From the NCBI GenBank assembly GCA_040752895.1, contig JBFMHN010000002.1, forward strand, positions 204,368 to 268,367: a stretch of DNA of 64,000 bases, in the 5' to 3' direction. Under the pieces are notes generated by a model. The model made no database searches, had not been told where the DNA came from, and saw only the letters and a program-made list of their open reading frames with translations. Both the position numbers and the translations under genes were made by a program. Shown here piece after piece: positions 1 to 10,817 of the stretch; positions within the stretch are counted from its first letter, which is position 1, and the number at the start of each line of letters is the position of its first letter. The stretch comes from Pseudomonadota bacterium. GTDB taxonomy: Bacteria; Pseudomonadota; Alphaproteobacteria; GCA-2746255.

Positions 1-788
1 CCTACGGCACGCGAATGGTGGGGGGCGTTACCCCGAACAAAGGGGGGACGCAGCACCTCGATCTTCCGGTCTTCGATACCGTTGGCGAAGCCGTCGCGGC
101 GACCGAAGCGAACGCCTCGGTCATTTACGTGCCCCCGCCCTTCGCCGCCGACGCCATCCTCGAAGCGATCGACGCCGGCATAGCGATTGTCGTCTGCATC
201 ACGGAAGGAATCCCGGTCCTCGACATGGTGCGCGTGAAGCGCGTGCTGCGGGAGACAAAAACACGCCTGATCGGCCCCAACTGCCCCGGTGTCATCACCC
301 CCGGCGAGTGCAAGATCGGCATCATGCCCGGCCACATCCACAAGCGGGGCAGGGTCGGCATCGTCTCGCGTTCGGGCACGCTGACCTACGAGGCCGTCGC
401 CCAAACGACGGCGGCGGGCCTTGGGCAAACGACCTGCGTCGGGATCGGCGGCGACCCGGTCAACGGCACGAACTTCATCGACTGCCTTGAGCTTTTCCTG
501 GACGACCCGGAAACCGAGGGCATCGTCCTGATCGGTGAGATCGGCGGCACCGCGGAAGAGGAAGCGGCAGCCTTCTTCAAGGCGGACAAACGGAAAAAGC
601 CGGTCGTCGGCTTCATCGCAGGGGTCACAGCACCGCCCGGGCGGCGCATGGGGCACGCCGGCGCCATCATATCCGGTGGCAAAGGCACCGCTCACGACAA
701 GATCGAGGCCTTCCGGAGCGCCGGCATCGCGGTCGCCGAATCCCCCGCCGAAATCGGCCGAACGATGCTGAAGACGTTGAAGAAATAG
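1..788 (+). CDS. sucD: succinate--CoA ligase (ADP-forming) subunit alpha, 5' end outside window
   Basis: The frame is open to the window edge. The translation (GGVTPNKGG...[20 protein letters not shown]...[11 protein letters not shown]...SRSGTLTYE...[14 protein letters not shown]) is typical SucD. sucA-sucB-lpdA follow. About 30-35 N-terminal residues are missing. Confidence 0.95.
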   Translation, partial: YGTRMVGGVTPNKGGTQHLDLPVFDTVGEAVAATEANASVIYVPPPFAADAILEAIDAGIAIVVCITEGIPVLDMVRVKRVLRETKTRLIGPNCPGVITPGECKIGIMPGHIHKRGRVGIVSRSGTLTYEAVAQTTAAGLGQTTCVGIGGDPVNGTNFIDCLELFLDDPETEGIVLIGEIGGTAEEEAAAFFKADKRKKPVVGFIAGVTAPPGRRMGHAGAIISGGKGTAHDKIEAFRSAGIAVAESPAEIGRTMLKTLKK

Positions 789-878
789 CGCGCGGCATTC
801 TATATTTAGCGAAACGTTAACCAAACCCACCGCATCCTAACTTCCAACAAGAAGCCGGGAGGAAGGCGCTTTCCGATT

Positions 879-3713
879 ATGGCTCAAGGCCCTATCGAAC
901 CAACGTTTCTTTCCGGCGCCAACGCCGCCTTCGTCGAGGAACTTTTCCGCCGCTACCTGGAAAGCCCGGGGGCGGTTGATCCGAGTTGGCGGTCATTTTT
1001 CGACGAGTTGAAGGACGGCACCGGGCCAGGCGACCTTGCCGGCGCCAGCTGGGCGCCAAGGCGCGCCTTCGCACCGGCGCTTGCGGAAAGGCCGGCGCGG
1101 CTGGAGGCGCCTTCCGGCGACGTCCGCGCCGCCACCCTCGACAGCATCCGCGCGCTCATGATGATTCGGGCCTTCCGGGTGCGCGGCCACCTGGTCGCCA
1201 ACCTCGACCCCTTGGGCCTCCAGGAGGAAAAATACCACCCCGAGCTCGACCCCAAATCCTACGGTTTCACCGAGCAAGACTACGACCGCCCGATTTTCAT
1301 CGACAACGTGCTCGGCATGGAAACGGCAACCGCGCGCGAAATCCTCGACACCCTGCATCAGACCTATTGCGGCAACATCGGCGTCGAATTCATGCATATG
1401 CAGGATCCCGAGCAGAAGGCCTGGATCCAGATTCGCGTGGAGAGCGAGCGCAACCAGCCGAGCTTTACCCCGCGCGGCAAGCACGCCATCCTCGAACGCC
1501 TGACGGAAGCGGAGATTTTCGAGAACTTCCTGCACGTCAAATACCCGGGCACCAAGCGTTTCGGGCTGGACGGCGGCGAAAGCCTGATCCCGGCGCTCGA
1601 GCAGGTCTTGAAACGCGGCGGCCAGCTTGGCGTGAAGGATGTCGTGATCGGCATGCCCCATCGCGGCCGGCTGAACGTGCTGGCCCATGTGCTGAACAAG
1701 CCGTTCACGGCGATCTTTTCCGAATTTCAGGGGAACTCCGCCCATTCGGACGACTTCCAGGGTTCGGGCGACGTGAAGTACCACCTCGGCGCTTCGGCCG
1801 ATCGGCTGTTCGACGAAGAAACCATCCACCTCTCGCTGACCGCGAACCCTTCCCACCTAGAGGCGATCAACCCGGTCGTCCTCGGCAAGACCCGCGCCAA
1901 GCAGTTCCAGCGCAAGGACAAGGAGCGCAGCCAGGTGCTGGCCATCCTCATGCACGGGGACGCCGCCTTCGCCGGCCAGGGGCTGGTTCCGGAAAGCCTC
2001 GAGCTTGGCGACCTCCAGGGCTATCGCTGCGGCGGCGCCATTCATTTCATCGTCAACAACCAGATCGGCTTCACGACAAGCCCGAAATTCGCACGCGGCA
2101 CCCCCTACCCGTCCGACATCGCGAAGGGAATCCAGGCGCCGATTTTCCACGTGAACGGGGATAACCCCGAAGCGGTCGTCCACGTCGCCAAGATCGCCAC
2201 CGAGTTCCGCCAGCAATTCCACAAGGACGTCATCGTTGACATGTTCTGCTACCGCCGCTTCGGTCACAACGAAGCGGACGAGCCCGCCTTCACCCAGCCC
2301 TTGATGTACAAGGCGATCGCCAACCATCCCACGACCCGCACGCTTTACACCAGGAAACTGGCGGAGGCAGGCGAGGTGACGGAAAAAGAGGCGAAAGCCG
2401 TTTACGACGCCTGCATGGAAAAGCTCGAAACCGACTTCAAGGCGGCGCAACATTACAAGTCGAACAAGGCGGACTGGCTGGAAGGTGCATGGACCGGCTT
2501 GGGCCTTGCCACCGAGGGCAAGCGGCGCGGCAAGACCGGGGTGGCGCTGGAAACGCTTCGCGAGGTGGCGCGCGCGCTCGTGAAAGTGCCGGAAGGGCTG
2601 AACGCCCACCCGAAGATTCTCCGCCAATTGAAGACCAAACGGAAGATGATCGAAAGCGGCGCGGGCATCGACTGGGGCACGGCCGAGGCGCTGGCCTTCG
2701 GCACGCTTCTCGTCGAGGGCTTCCCGGTCCGCCTGAGCGGTCAGGATTCCACGCGCGGCACCTTCTCCCACCGTCACGCCGCCCTCATCGATCAGGAAAC
2801 GGAAGCGAAACACGTCTTCCTCGAGCACGTCCGGGAAGGCCAGGCGACCTTCGAGGTAATCGACAGCCCGCTTTCGGAAGCCGCCGTGCTCGGCTTCGAA
2901 TACGGCTACACGATGACCGAGCCGAACGCGCTTGTTCTATGGGAAGCGCAGTTCGGCGACTTCGCGAACGGCGCCCAGGTCATCATCGACCAGTTCCTGG
3001 CCTCGGCCGAAAGCAAATGGATGCGGATGTCCGGCATCGTCCTGCTGCTGCCCCACGGCTACGAGGGGCAGGGGCCGGAGCATTCCTCCGCCCGGCTCGA
3101 GCGCTATCTGCAGCTTTGCGCCGAAGACAATATGCAGGTCGCAAACTGCACGACGCCGGCGAATTATTTCCATCTCCTGCGCCGCCAGATTCACCGGAAC
3201 TTCCGGAAGCCGCTCATCGTGATGGCGCCGAAGTCGCTGCTGCGCCACAAGAAGGTCGTATCGACGCTGGAGGAGATGGGCCCCGATTCGACCTTCCACC
3301 GCGTGCTGGCGGACCCGGAAAAGCTGGCCGCCGGCGCCAAGGTGAAGCGCGTCGTCCTGTGCGCGGGCAAGATTTATTATGACCTCGAACAGGAACGCGC
3401 GAAGCGCAATATCCGCGACGTGGCCCTTGTCCGCATCGAACAGCTTTATCCCTTCCCGGCCGACGCCTTAACGGACGAACTCGTGAAATACCCGAACGCC
3501 GAAATCGTCTGGTGTCAGGAGGAACCGAGAAACATGGGCGCCTGGACTTTCCTCGACCGACGGCTCGAAGAAGTTCTGACCGGGGCAAACCACAAGACGA
3601 AGCGCCCGGCCTATGTCGGGCGCCCGGAGGCCGCCTCGACGGCGACGGGGCTTTTGCGCCGGCACAACCAGCAACAAGCGGAAATCGTGGACGACGCGTT
3701 GACGGTGTCGTAA
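879..3713 (+). CDS. sucA: 2-oxoglutarate dehydrogenase E1 component
   Basis: 944-aa ORF with the conserved E1o N-terminus ([18 protein letters not shown]) and ThDP-enzyme core ([21 protein letters not shown]). It sits directly upstream of E2 and E3. Confidence 0.96.
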   Translation: MAQGPIEPTFLSGANAAFVEELFRRYLESPGAVDPSWRSFFDELKDGTGPGDLAGASWAPRRAFAPALAERPARLEAPSGDVRAATLDSIRALMMIRAFRVRGHLVANLDPLGLQEEKYHPELDPKSYGFTEQDYDRPIFIDNVLGMETATAREILDTLHQTYCGNIGVEFMHMQDPEQKAWIQIRVESERNQPSFTPRGKHAILERLTEAEIFENFLHVKYPGTKRFGLDGGESLIPALEQVLKRGGQLGVKDVVIGMPHRGRLNVLAHVLNKPFTAIFSEFQGNSAHSDDFQGSGDVKYHLGASADRLFDEETIHLSLTANPSHLEAINPVVLGKTRAKQFQRKDKERSQVLAILMHGDAAFAGQGLVPESLELGDLQGYRCGGAIHFIVNNQIGFTTSPKFARGTPYPSDIAKGIQAPIFHVNGDNPEAVVHVAKIATEFRQQFHKDVIVDMFCYRRFGHNEADEPAFTQPLMYKAIANHPTTRTLYTRKLAEAGEVTEKEAKAVYDACMEKLETDFKAAQHYKSNKADWLEGAWTGLGLATEGKRRGKTGVALETLREVARALVKVPEGLNAHPKILRQLKTKRKMIESGAGIDWGTAEALAFGTLLVEGFPVRLSGQDSTRGTFSHRHAALIDQETEAKHVFLEHVREGQATFEVIDSPLSEAAVLGFEYGYTMTEPNALVLWEAQFGDFANGAQVIIDQFLASAESKWMRMSGIVLLLPHGYEGQGPEHSSARLERYLQLCAEDNMQVANCTTPANYFHLLRRQIHRNFRKPLIVMAPKSLLRHKKVVSTLEEMGPDSTFHRVLADPEKLAAGAKVKRVVLCAGKIYYDLEQERAKRNIRDVALVRIEQLYPFPADALTDELVKYPNAEIVWCQEEPRNMGAWTFLDRRLEEVLTGANHKTKRPAYVGRPEAASTATGLLRRHNQQQAEIVDDALTVS

Positions 3714-3738
3714 CGGTAGAGGAAATTTCGAGGACAAG

Positions 3739-4983
3739 ATGGCGCAAGAAATCGTAGTTCCGGCCTTGGGCGAGTCGGTGGTGGAAGCAACCGTCGCCAA
3801 GTGGTTCAAGGCCGTTGGCGACACGGTCACCGCGGACGAACCCCTGGTCGAACTGGAGACGGACAAGGTCACCCTCGAGGTGCCGGCGCCCGCCTCCGGG
3901 CATCTGAGCGAAATCGTCGCCGAGAGCGGCACCGACGTCGCGGTCGGCGCAGTGCTCGGCCGGATCGAAGCCGGAGCCGGCAAGAAGGCCGGGAAGCCGA
4001 AGACGGAAGCCAAGACGGAAGCCAAGACGGAAGCCAAGACGGAAAAAAAAGAACAAAAGACGGAAAAGCCGGCGGCGGCGACCGTGCTGACGCCCGCCGT
4101 CCGCAAGCTGGTCGCGGAAAACCGGCTGGATGCGTCCGCAATTCCAGCCTCCGGCAAGGACGGGCGGCTCACCAAGGAAGATGTCCTCGCCCATCTCGAA
4201 AAGGCCAAGGCCGCACCTCCGCAAGCCAAGGCAGACACGCAAACCAAGGCGCCTGGCTCCGCGCCGACCGGCGAGGCCAAGCCCGGCGCCGAGGAACGCG
4301 TCCGCATGTCGCGCCTGCGCAAACGGATCGCCGAGCGGCTGAAGGAAGCCCAGAACACGGCGGCGATGCTTACCACCTTCAACGAGGTGGACATGACCGC
4401 CCTGAAGGCGGTCCGCGATGAATACCGCGACGGCTTCGAAAAGAAATACGGCGTCCGCCTCGGTTACATGTCCTTCTTCATCAAGGCCGCGATCGTCGCG
4501 CTCAAGGAAATTCCGGAAGTGAACGCCCAGATCGACGGCGACGAGATCGTTTATAAGAACCATTACGACATTGGCGTCGCCGTCGGCTCGCCGCAAGGGC
4601 TCGTCGTGCCGGTCCTGCGCAACGCCGACCGTTTGGGTTTTGCCGAAATCGAACAAGGGATCGGCGATTTCGGCGCCAAGGCCCGTGACGGCAAGCTCAC
4701 GATGGAAGATCTGACCGGCGGCACCTTCACGATCTCGAACGGCGGCGTCTTCGGCTCACTGCTTTCGACGCCGATCCTCAACCCGCCGCAATCGGCCATC
4801 CTCGGCATGCATAAGATCCAGGACCGCCCGATGGCCATCGACGGCAAGGTCGAGATCCGGCCGATGATGTACCTGGCGCTAACCTACGATCACCGTCTGG
4901 TCGATGGGCGCGAAGCGGTGACGTTCCTCGTCCGCGTCAAGACATGCATCGAGGACCCGAGCCGCCTTTTTCTCGACATCTAA
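3739..4983 (+). CDS. sucB: dihydrolipoyllysine-residue succinyltransferase (E2o)
   Basis: N-terminal lipoyl domain ([14 protein letters not shown]), a Lys/Ala/Glu/Thr-rich linker, an E3-binding segment and the catalytic domain ending in DHRLVDG. Confidence 0.96.
   Translation: MAQEIVVPALGESVVEATVAKWFKAVGDTVTADEPLVELETDKVTLEVPAPASGHLSEIVAESGTDVAVGAVLGRIEAGAGKKAGKPKTEAKTEAKTEAKTEKKEQKTEKPAAATVLTPAVRKLVAENRLDASAIPASGKDGRLTKEDVLAHLEKAKAAPPQAKADTQTKAPGSAPTGEAKPGAEERVRMSRLRKRIAERLKEAQNTAAMLTTFNEVDMTALKAVRDEYRDGFEKKYGVRLGYMSFFIKAAIVALKEIPEVNAQIDGDEIVYKNHYDIGVAVGSPQGLVVPVLRNADRLGFAEIEQGIGDFGAKARDGKLTMEDLTGGTFTISNGGVFGSLLSTPILNPPQSAILGMHKIQDRPMAIDGKVEIRPMMYLALTYDHRLVDGREAVTFLVRVKTCIEDPSRLFLDI
4000..4044 (+). 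repeat. 12-bp in-frame tandem repeat (aagacggaagcc x3.75) in the sucB linker
   Basis: Read directly: units at 4000-4011, 4012-4023 and 4024-4035, partial unit 4036-4044. Encodes (KTEA)n in the flexible inter-domain linker. Confidence 0.9.
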
Positions 4984-5013
4984 GCGATCAAAAAAAGCGC
5001 CAAGAGGAAGCAC

Positions 5014-6426
5014 ATGAGCGACAAGCAATTCGACGTGGTGGTGATCGGCGGCGGCCCCGGCGGCTACGTTGCCGCCATCCGCGCCGCCCAGCTTGGGCTC
5101 AAGACCGCCTGCGTCGACGCGCGCGGGCCCCTGGGCGGCACCTGCCTCAACGTCGGCTGCATCCCCTCGAAGGCGCTGCTGCATTCGAGCCACTATTTCG
5201 AAATGGCGGCCCATGACTTCGCCGGCCACGGTATCCGGACGGGCAAGCTCGGACTCGACCTTCCCGCCATGATGGCGCGCAAGGAAAAGGTCGTGAAGGA
5301 CCTGACGGGCGGGATCGCCTACCTCTTCAAAAAAAACAAGGTGACCCACTTTCATGGCGTCGGCCGGATCGCGGCGAAGGATACCGTCGTCGTCACGCTT
5401 GCCGGCAAGAAAGGGGAAACGACGCTCAAGGCGTCGAACGTCGTGATCGCGACCGGTTCCGTGTCAGCACCCCTGCCGGGCGTCGAAATCGACGAGAAGC
5501 GGATCGTCTCCTCGACCGGCGCGCTGGCGCTGCCGAAGGTCCCGAAGCGGCTCGCCGTTATCGGGGCGGGGGTCATCGGGCTTGAGCTTGGTTCCGTCTG
5601 GCGGCGGCTTGGCGCGGAGGTAATCGTCCTTGAATACCTCGACCGCATCCTGATGCCGATGGACTTGGGGCTTGCGAAGGAAGCGCAGAAAATCCTTAAG
5701 AAACAAGGGATTGACTTCAAGCTGGGCGTCAAGGTAACGGACGCGAAGGTGGCGAAGGACAAGGTCGAACTCGCTTTCGCGCCGGCCAAGGGAGGGCGCC
5801 CGGAAACGCTTGCCGCCGACGTCGTCCTCGTCGCGATCGGGCGCAAACCCTATACGGAAGGGCTTGGCCTGGAAGAGGCGCAGGTTGCCCGCGACAAGCA
5901 GGGCCGGGTCGAGATCGACGATCATTTCCGGACGAACGTGAAAGGCGTTTACGCCTTGGGCGACGTCGTGCGGGGCCCCATGCTCGCCCACAAGGCCGAG
6001 GACGAGGGAATCGCCGTCGCCGAGATCATCGCCGGCCAGGCCGGCCACGTGAACTACGACGCGATTCCAGCCGTCGTCTATACCTGGCCCGAGATCGCCG
6101 CCGTCGGCAAAACGGAAGAGGAGCTGAAGGCGGCCGGCGTCCCTTACAACACCGGCCAGTTCCCTTTCCAGGCGAACAGCCGGGGGCGGGCCAACGCCGA
6201 CACCGACGGCTTCGTGAAGATACTCGCCGACAAGAAGACCGACCGCGTGCAGGGCGTCCACATCGTGGGGCCGGTCGCCGGCGAGCTGATCGCCGAAGCG
6301 GCCTTGGCGATCGAGTTCGGCGCCTCGGCGGAAGACATCGCGCGCACCTGCCACGCCCATCCCGGCTTCGGCGAAGCCGTAAAGGAAGCCGCCCTAGCCG
6401 TGGCGGGCCGTCCCATCCACTTTTAA
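5014..6426 (+). CDS. lpdA: dihydrolipoyl dehydrogenase (E3)
   Basis: FAD-binding GGGPGGY, redox-active disulfide GGTCLNVGCIPSK and the C-terminal HAHPxxxE dimerisation motif. Last gene of the suc cluster. Confidence 0.96.
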   Translation: MSDKQFDVVVIGGGPGGYVAAIRAAQLGLKTACVDARGPLGGTCLNVGCIPSKALLHSSHYFEMAAHDFAGHGIRTGKLGLDLPAMMARKEKVVKDLTGGIAYLFKKNKVTHFHGVGRIAAKDTVVVTLAGKKGETTLKASNVVIATGSVSAPLPGVEIDEKRIVSSTGALALPKVPKRLAVIGAGVIGLELGSVWRRLGAEVIVLEYLDRILMPMDLGLAKEAQKILKKQGIDFKLGVKVTDAKVAKDKVELAFAPAKGGRPETLAADVVLVAIGRKPYTEGLGLEEAQVARDKQGRVEIDDHFRTNVKGVYALGDVVRGPMLAHKAEDEGIAVAEIIAGQAGHVNYDAIPAVVYTWPEIAAVGKTEEELKAAGVPYNTGQFPFQANSRGRANADTDGFVKILADKKTDRVQGVHIVGPVAGELIAEAALAIEFGASAEDIARTCHAHPGFGEAVKEAALAVAGRPIHF

Positions 6427-6432
6427 GCCGCC

Positions 6433-6702
6433 GTGGCGGGTCGCCTCAACGATACGGTTGGCCGCTGGCTGCGCCGGATTTTAGGCGTTCTCTTCCTCAT
6501 TGCCGGCGTGGTCGGGCTTTTCCTTCCCGTGCTGCAGGGTGTTCTGTTCCTTCTGATCGGGACGCTTTTGCTGGCGGGCGATTCGATCTGGGTGCGGCGA
6601 AAAATCGCCAGCCTCAGGAAACGCCACCCGAAAACCTATGCGATGTTTCGCAAATGGCAGCGGAAGACGCGCAAAAAAAGCGGGAAGAAGCGGCGTTCCT
6701 AG
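6433..6702 (+). CDS. small two-TM membrane protein with basic tail (PGPGW/YbaN-like, uncertain)
   Basis: 89-aa GTG-start ORF with two hydrophobic helices (ILGVLFLIAGVVGLFLPVL, GVLFLLIGTLLLAG) and a Lys/Arg-rich C-terminus. No clear RBS. Its 3' end overlaps the convergent xerC by 4 nt. Confidence 0.55.
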   Translation: MAGRLNDTVGRWLRRILGVLFLIAGVVGLFLPVLQGVLFLLIGTLLLAGDSIWVRRKIASLRKRHPKTYAMFRKWQRKTRKKSGKKRRS

Positions 6703-7649
6703 CCCCTGGCTTTCTTCCTGGCCCGCGGGTGCGCCTTCTCGTAAACGACGCGGAGGGCGTTTTCGTCCACTTCGGTATAGCGCTGCGTCGTCGTCAGCGA
6801 GGCGTGGCCAAGAAGTTCCTGGATGGCGCGCAAATCCCCGCCGCCAGCAAGCAGATGGGTGGCGAAGCTGTGGCGCAGTGCATGGGGGGTTGCGGTTTCG
6901 GGAAGGTTGAGACCGGCGCGCAGGCGGCGCATCTCCTTCTGCACGATGGCGGCCTGCAGGCGTCCGCCCCGGCTGCCCACGAACAGCGGGCCGGCACCCC
7001 GCAACGGGAACGGGCAGGCCGCGAGATAATCCGCCACCGCCTGGCGGACGACGTCGAGCACCGGCACGATCCGTTCTTTCCCCCCCTTGCCGGTGACGCG
7101 AAGCGCTTCGCCTTCCGGCGCCTGATCGCGGTTCAGCGCAAGCGCTTCGCCGATCCGCAGACCGCAGCCGTAAAGAAGCGTGAGGACGGCGACGTTCCGC
7201 TTGGCGACCCACGGCATGGCCGAGCCTGCGGCGGAGGATAAGGTTGCCTTCGCCTCGGCTATGGAAAGCGGCCGCGGCACCGAGCGCGGGAGCCTGGGGC
7301 TGCGCAGGTTGGCGATAGCCGGGTTGTGGACAAGCCCGCGCTGATCGAGAAAGCGGAAGAAGCCGCGGACGACGGAAAGGGCGCGCGCGATCGAAACCTT
7401 TGCCTTGCCGGTCCCGGCTTCCCGGGCAAGCCAGGCGCGGAAATCGGCTGTCTTGAGGGCACGAAGCGCCGCCAGCCCCGGCCTTTGCCCGAAATGATGC
7501 GCCAGGAATTCGAGGAAGGCGGCAAGGTCGCGCCCATAGGCCTTGACCGTATGCGGCGAATAGCGCCGCTCGGCGGCAAGCCAGCCCCGCCAGGCGCGGA
7601 TGCCGACCTCGAGTTCGGGGTCGGCCGCGGGCGGGGACGGCGTTCCCAT
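6699..7649 (-). CDS. xerC: site-specific tyrosine recombinase, XerC/XerD family
   Basis: N-terminal SAM-like domain (RYSPHTVKAYGRDLAAFLEFL) and catalytic domain with ...HALRHSFATHLL...LLGHASLTTTQRYT. I prefer the ATG at 7649 (GAGGG 4 nt upstream, 7 nt after the tal stop) over the track start at 7694. The XerC versus XerD assignment is not certain. Confidence 0.85.
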   Translation of the reverse strand: MGTPSPPAADPELEVGIRAWRGWLAAERRYSPHTVKAYGRDLAAFLEFLAHHFGQRPGLAALRALKTADFRAWLAREAGTGKAKVSIARALSVVRGFFRFLDQRGLVHNPAIANLRSPRLPRSVPRPLSIAEAKATLSSAAGSAMPWVAKRNVAVLTLLYGCGLRIGEALALNRDQAPEGEALRVTGKGGKERIVPVLDVVRQAVADYLAACPFPLRGAGPLFVGSRGGRLQAAIVQKEMRRLRAGLNLPETATPHALRHSFATHLLAGGGDLRAIQELLGHASLTTTQRYTEVDENALRVVYEKAHPRARKKARG

Positions 7650-7656
7650 CACGCCC

Positions 7657-8313
7657 TCAAAGGATGGACTGGCCGGTTTTCTGCCAGTCGGCAAGGAAAG
7701 TGGCGAGGCCCTGGTCGGTCAACGGGTGCCGAAAAAGCTGCCGCAGCACGCCGGGCGGCACCGTCACGACATGCGCCCCAAGCTTCGCCGCCTGGATCAC
7801 ATGCTGGGGGTGGCGGACGGAGGCGACGAGCACTTCCGTCGTGAAGGTGCTGTAGTTGCGATAGATCTGGCAGATGTCGGCGATCAACCCCATGCCGTCC
7901 TCGCCGATGTCGTCGAGGCGACCGACGAAGGGGGAAACGAAACTGGCGCCGGCCTTGGCGGCTAGGATCGCCTGGGCGGGCGAAAAGCAAAGCGTCACGT
8001 TCACCATCGCGCCCGCCTCGCGCAAAGCCCGGCAGGCGCGCAGCCCGTCCGGCGTCAGCGGCACCTTGACGGCGATGTTCTTGGCGAGCTTGGCAAGCTT
8101 CTGCCCTTCCTGGATCATCGTCGGGTAGTCGGTCGCCGTTACCTCGGCGCTTACCGGGCCGGGCACCACTTTGCAAATTTCCTTCACGACCTCGAAAAAG
8201 TCGCCGCCGGACTTGGCGACGAGGGAGGGGTTCGTCGTCACGCCGTCGAGCAGGCCGGAGGCCGCAAGGTCGCGGATTTCTTTTATGTCGGCGGTATCAA
8301 CGAAAAATTTCAT
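7657..8313 (-). CDS. tal: transaldolase (short type 3B, fructose-6-phosphate aldolase family)
   Basis: 218 aa, [31 protein letters not shown], with the Schiff-base lysine context IAVKVPLT. Confidence 0.93.
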   Translation of the reverse strand: MKFFVDTADIKEIRDLAASGLLDGVTTNPSLVAKSGGDFFEVVKEICKVVPGPVSAEVTATDYPTMIQEGQKLAKLAKNIAVKVPLTPDGLRACRALREAGAMVNVTLCFSPAQAILAAKAGASFVSPFVGRLDDIGEDGMGLIADICQIYRNYSTFTTEVLVASVRHPQHVIQAAKLGAHVVTVPPGVLRQLFRHPLTDQGLATFLADWQKTGQSIL

Positions 8314-8378
8314 CGCACCCTTGGCAGGCTTGAAAGGTTGGCTGGTTCCCCAAGCGGGGCTTGATTAGAGTGTAGTCC

Positions 8379-10610
8379 ATGCCTTTCGTCGGTGCCAGCG
8401 CCCGAACGGTCGAGACGGAAATCCGCGTTCCGGTTCTGCTGCCTTACCGTCTGCCGCACGTCTACGACTACGCCGCAAGCCCCGACCTTGGCCTGCGCCC
8501 CGGCGACTACGTGCGGGTGCCCCTGGGCAGGCGCGAGGCGATCGGCGTCGTTTGGGATGGGAATGCGGCGGGTGGCGCGAGCGGCGCGGACCGCACGGGA
8601 AAGCGGCCTATCCGACTGAAGCCCGTCGCCGAACGGCTGGAGACGCCGGCCATGCCGGCCGAGCTTCGGGCCTTCGTCGAATGGGTGGCCGGCTACACGA
8701 TGAGCGCGCCAGGCCTTGTCCTTCGCATGACGATGAGCGCACCGGAGGCGTTGCGGCCGGTAATGCCCGCGATGGGCCTGCGGCGGGCCGCGGACAAGCC
8801 CCACGGCCGCCTCACGGCGAAGCGCCAGCGCGTGCTCGACTGCCTGGAGAAATCCGGCAACCTCCCGCTTGCCCGCAAGGCGCTGGCGAAGCAGGCGGGG
8901 GTCGGCGAAGCCGTTCTCCGCGGCCTTCTCGAGACCGGCCTCCTCGAGGCAACGCCAATGGCGGAAGCGGCCGCATCCGCGCCGTTCGGCAAGGCAAAGG
9001 CGGTAACGCTTTCCAGTGCCCAGCAGGCCGCCGCCGAGGCGCTGGAGGCGGACCTCGACCGCAACGCCTTCGCGGTCAGCCTGCTTGACGGCGTCACCGG
9101 GTCCGGCAAGACGGAGGTCTATTTCGAGGCCCTTGACCACGCCGTGCGTCAGGGAAAGCAGGTGCTCGTGCTGCTTCCGGAAATCGCCTTAAGCGCCCAG
9201 TGGCTGGAACGCTTCGAGGAACGCTTCGGGCAACGGCCCGCCGTCTGGCATTCGGGCCTCGGCCGCGCCACCCGCCGACACACCTTCCGCCAGGTGGCGG
9301 AAGGGAAAGCAAGCGTCGTCGTCGGCGCGCGATCGGCCCTTTTTCTTCCCTTCCCGAAGCTTGGCTTCCTCGTCGTAGACGAGGAGCACGATCCTTCTTA
9401 CAAACAAGAAGACGGCGTCATCTACCAGGCGCGCGACATGGCGATCGTGCGCGCCAAGCTCGGGAAGCTTCCGATCGTGCTGGCTTCGGCGACGCCATCG
9501 ATCGAGACGCTCCGCAACGCGACGGGCGGACGCTACCGGCGCCTCCACCTCCCGGACCGCCACGCCGGCGCCGATCTTCCCAGCGTTCGGCTGATCGATC
9601 TCCGCCGGGACCCGCCGCCGCGCGGGCATTGGCTGTCGCCCATCTTGCAAAACGCCATCCGGGAGACGCTGGAAAAGGGCGAGCAGGCCATGCTGTTCCT
9701 GAACCGGCGCGGCTATGCGCCGCTGACGCTTTGCCGGCGCTGCGGTTACCGTTTCCAATGCCCGGCCTGTACGGCGTGGCTGATCGCGCACAAGCAGGCG
9801 GGCCGTCTTCTCTGCCACCACTGCGGCTATTCGGAACCGATGCCCGCCACCTGCCCGGCCTGCGGGGTGGAAGATACCCTGGTTGCGTGCGGGCCCGGCG
9901 TCGAACGCCTCAAGGAGGAAGCGGCGGCCCTTTTCCCCCAGGCGCGGACGGCCGTCATGACGAGCGACACGGCGGCCAACCCCGCCGCGGCGGCTGCCAT
10001 CGTCCGCCGCATGCAGGAAGGCGAGATCGACCTGCTCATCGGGACGCAGATCATGGCGAAGGGCCATCATTTTCCGGCCCTCACCCTGGTCGGCGTCGTG
10101 GACGCGGATTTGGGCCTGGCCGGCGGCGACTTGCGGGCCGGCGAGCACTGCTACCAGATGCTGCACCAACTGGCCGGTCGCGCCGGCCGCGAGGCCCGCC
10201 CGGGCGCCGCCTACCTCCAGACCCACCTGCCAGAGATGCCGGTCATGCAGGCGCTGGCCAGAGGCGAGCGCGACGCCTTCCTCGAGGCCGAGGCCCGCGG
10301 CCGCGAGGCGGAAGGCATGCCCCCCTTTGGCCGCCTGGCCGCCCTTATCCTTTCCGGAACCGAGGCGGCGGCGGTCGAACGCTATGCCCGCCTCTTAAGC
10401 CGGGTGGCGCCGGCTGGCGGGGGCGTTCATGTGCTGGGGCCGGCGCCGGCGCCGCTCGCCATGCTGCGGGGGCGCCACCGCTTTCGCCTGCTGGTCAAGG
10501 CCGCTTCGGGCGTTCCCATCCAGCGCATCCTGCACCGCTGGCTCGATCCCAGCCCGCCGCCGGCGGGGGTTAAACTGCAGATCGACATCGACCCCTACAG
10601 CTTCCTCTGA
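8379..10610 (+). CDS. priA: primosomal protein N' (replication restart helicase)
   Basis: 743 aa with Walker A GVTGSGKTEVY, DEEHD box (VVDEEHDPSYKQ) and Cys-rich zinc-binding insert (CRRCGYRFQCPACTAWL...CHHCGY...CPACG). Confidence 0.95.
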   Translation: MPFVGASARTVETEIRVPVLLPYRLPHVYDYAASPDLGLRPGDYVRVPLGRREAIGVVWDGNAAGGASGADRTGKRPIRLKPVAERLETPAMPAELRAFVEWVAGYTMSAPGLVLRMTMSAPEALRPVMPAMGLRRAADKPHGRLTAKRQRVLDCLEKSGNLPLARKALAKQAGVGEAVLRGLLETGLLEATPMAEAAASAPFGKAKAVTLSSAQQAAAEALEADLDRNAFAVSLLDGVTGSGKTEVYFEALDHAVRQGKQVLVLLPEIALSAQWLERFEERFGQRPAVWHSGLGRATRRHTFRQVAEGKASVVVGARSALFLPFPKLGFLVVDEEHDPSYKQEDGVIYQARDMAIVRAKLGKLPIVLASATPSIETLRNATGGRYRRLHLPDRHAGADLPSVRLIDLRRDPPPRGHWLSPILQNAIRETLEKGEQAMLFLNRRGYAPLTLCRRCGYRFQCPACTAWLIAHKQAGRLLCHHCGYSEPMPATCPACGVEDTLVACGPGVERLKEEAAALFPQARTAVMTSDTAANPAAAAAIVRRMQEGEIDLLIGTQIMAKGHHFPALTLVGVVDADLGLAGGDLRAGEHCYQMLHQLAGRAGREARPGAAYLQTHLPEMPVMQALARGERDAFLEAEARGREAEGMPPFGRLAALILSGTEAAAVERYARLLSRVAPAGGGVHVLGPAPAPLAMLRGRHRFRLLVKAASGVPIQRILHRWLDPSPPPAGVKLQIDIDPYSFL

Positions 10611-10817
10611 GCGCCCGTCGAAACCGTGCGAATGGCGCACAAAACTAGGACCTTCGTCGGGTTGCAACGCACCGACCCCTATGGTAGGTATCCGCTGGTT
10701 TTTTTCAGGGAGGGGGCCGCGCTTCCGGTGCGGCCGACCGTAGGCCGATCCCCTTTAAAACCAAGGTCGGCAAAAAGGTCTATTCACCCGCGTTAAACGC
10801 TTTAAAGGAACTGCCAG

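Noticed and set aside
4000-4044. Short tandem repeats (sucB, the YibQ-like gene, gpmI and 41091-41126) as CRISPR-like arrays
   Set aside because: The units are contiguous without spacers, 12-18 bp long, and mostly in frame inside genes. No cas genes are present.
3214-4656. 480-aa and 308-aa ORFs antisense to the sucA 3' end and sucB
   Set aside because: They are antisense to conserved genes. The apparent repeats ([12 protein letters not shown]) are just the reverse complement of the sucB KTEA linker repeat.
6699-7694. Tyrosine recombinase as the integrase of a mobile element
   Set aside because: The sequence is XerC/XerD-type (SAM-like N-domain, chromosome-dimer-resolution family). It is embedded between lpdA and tal in core-gene context, with no att-like repeats, excisionase or cargo.
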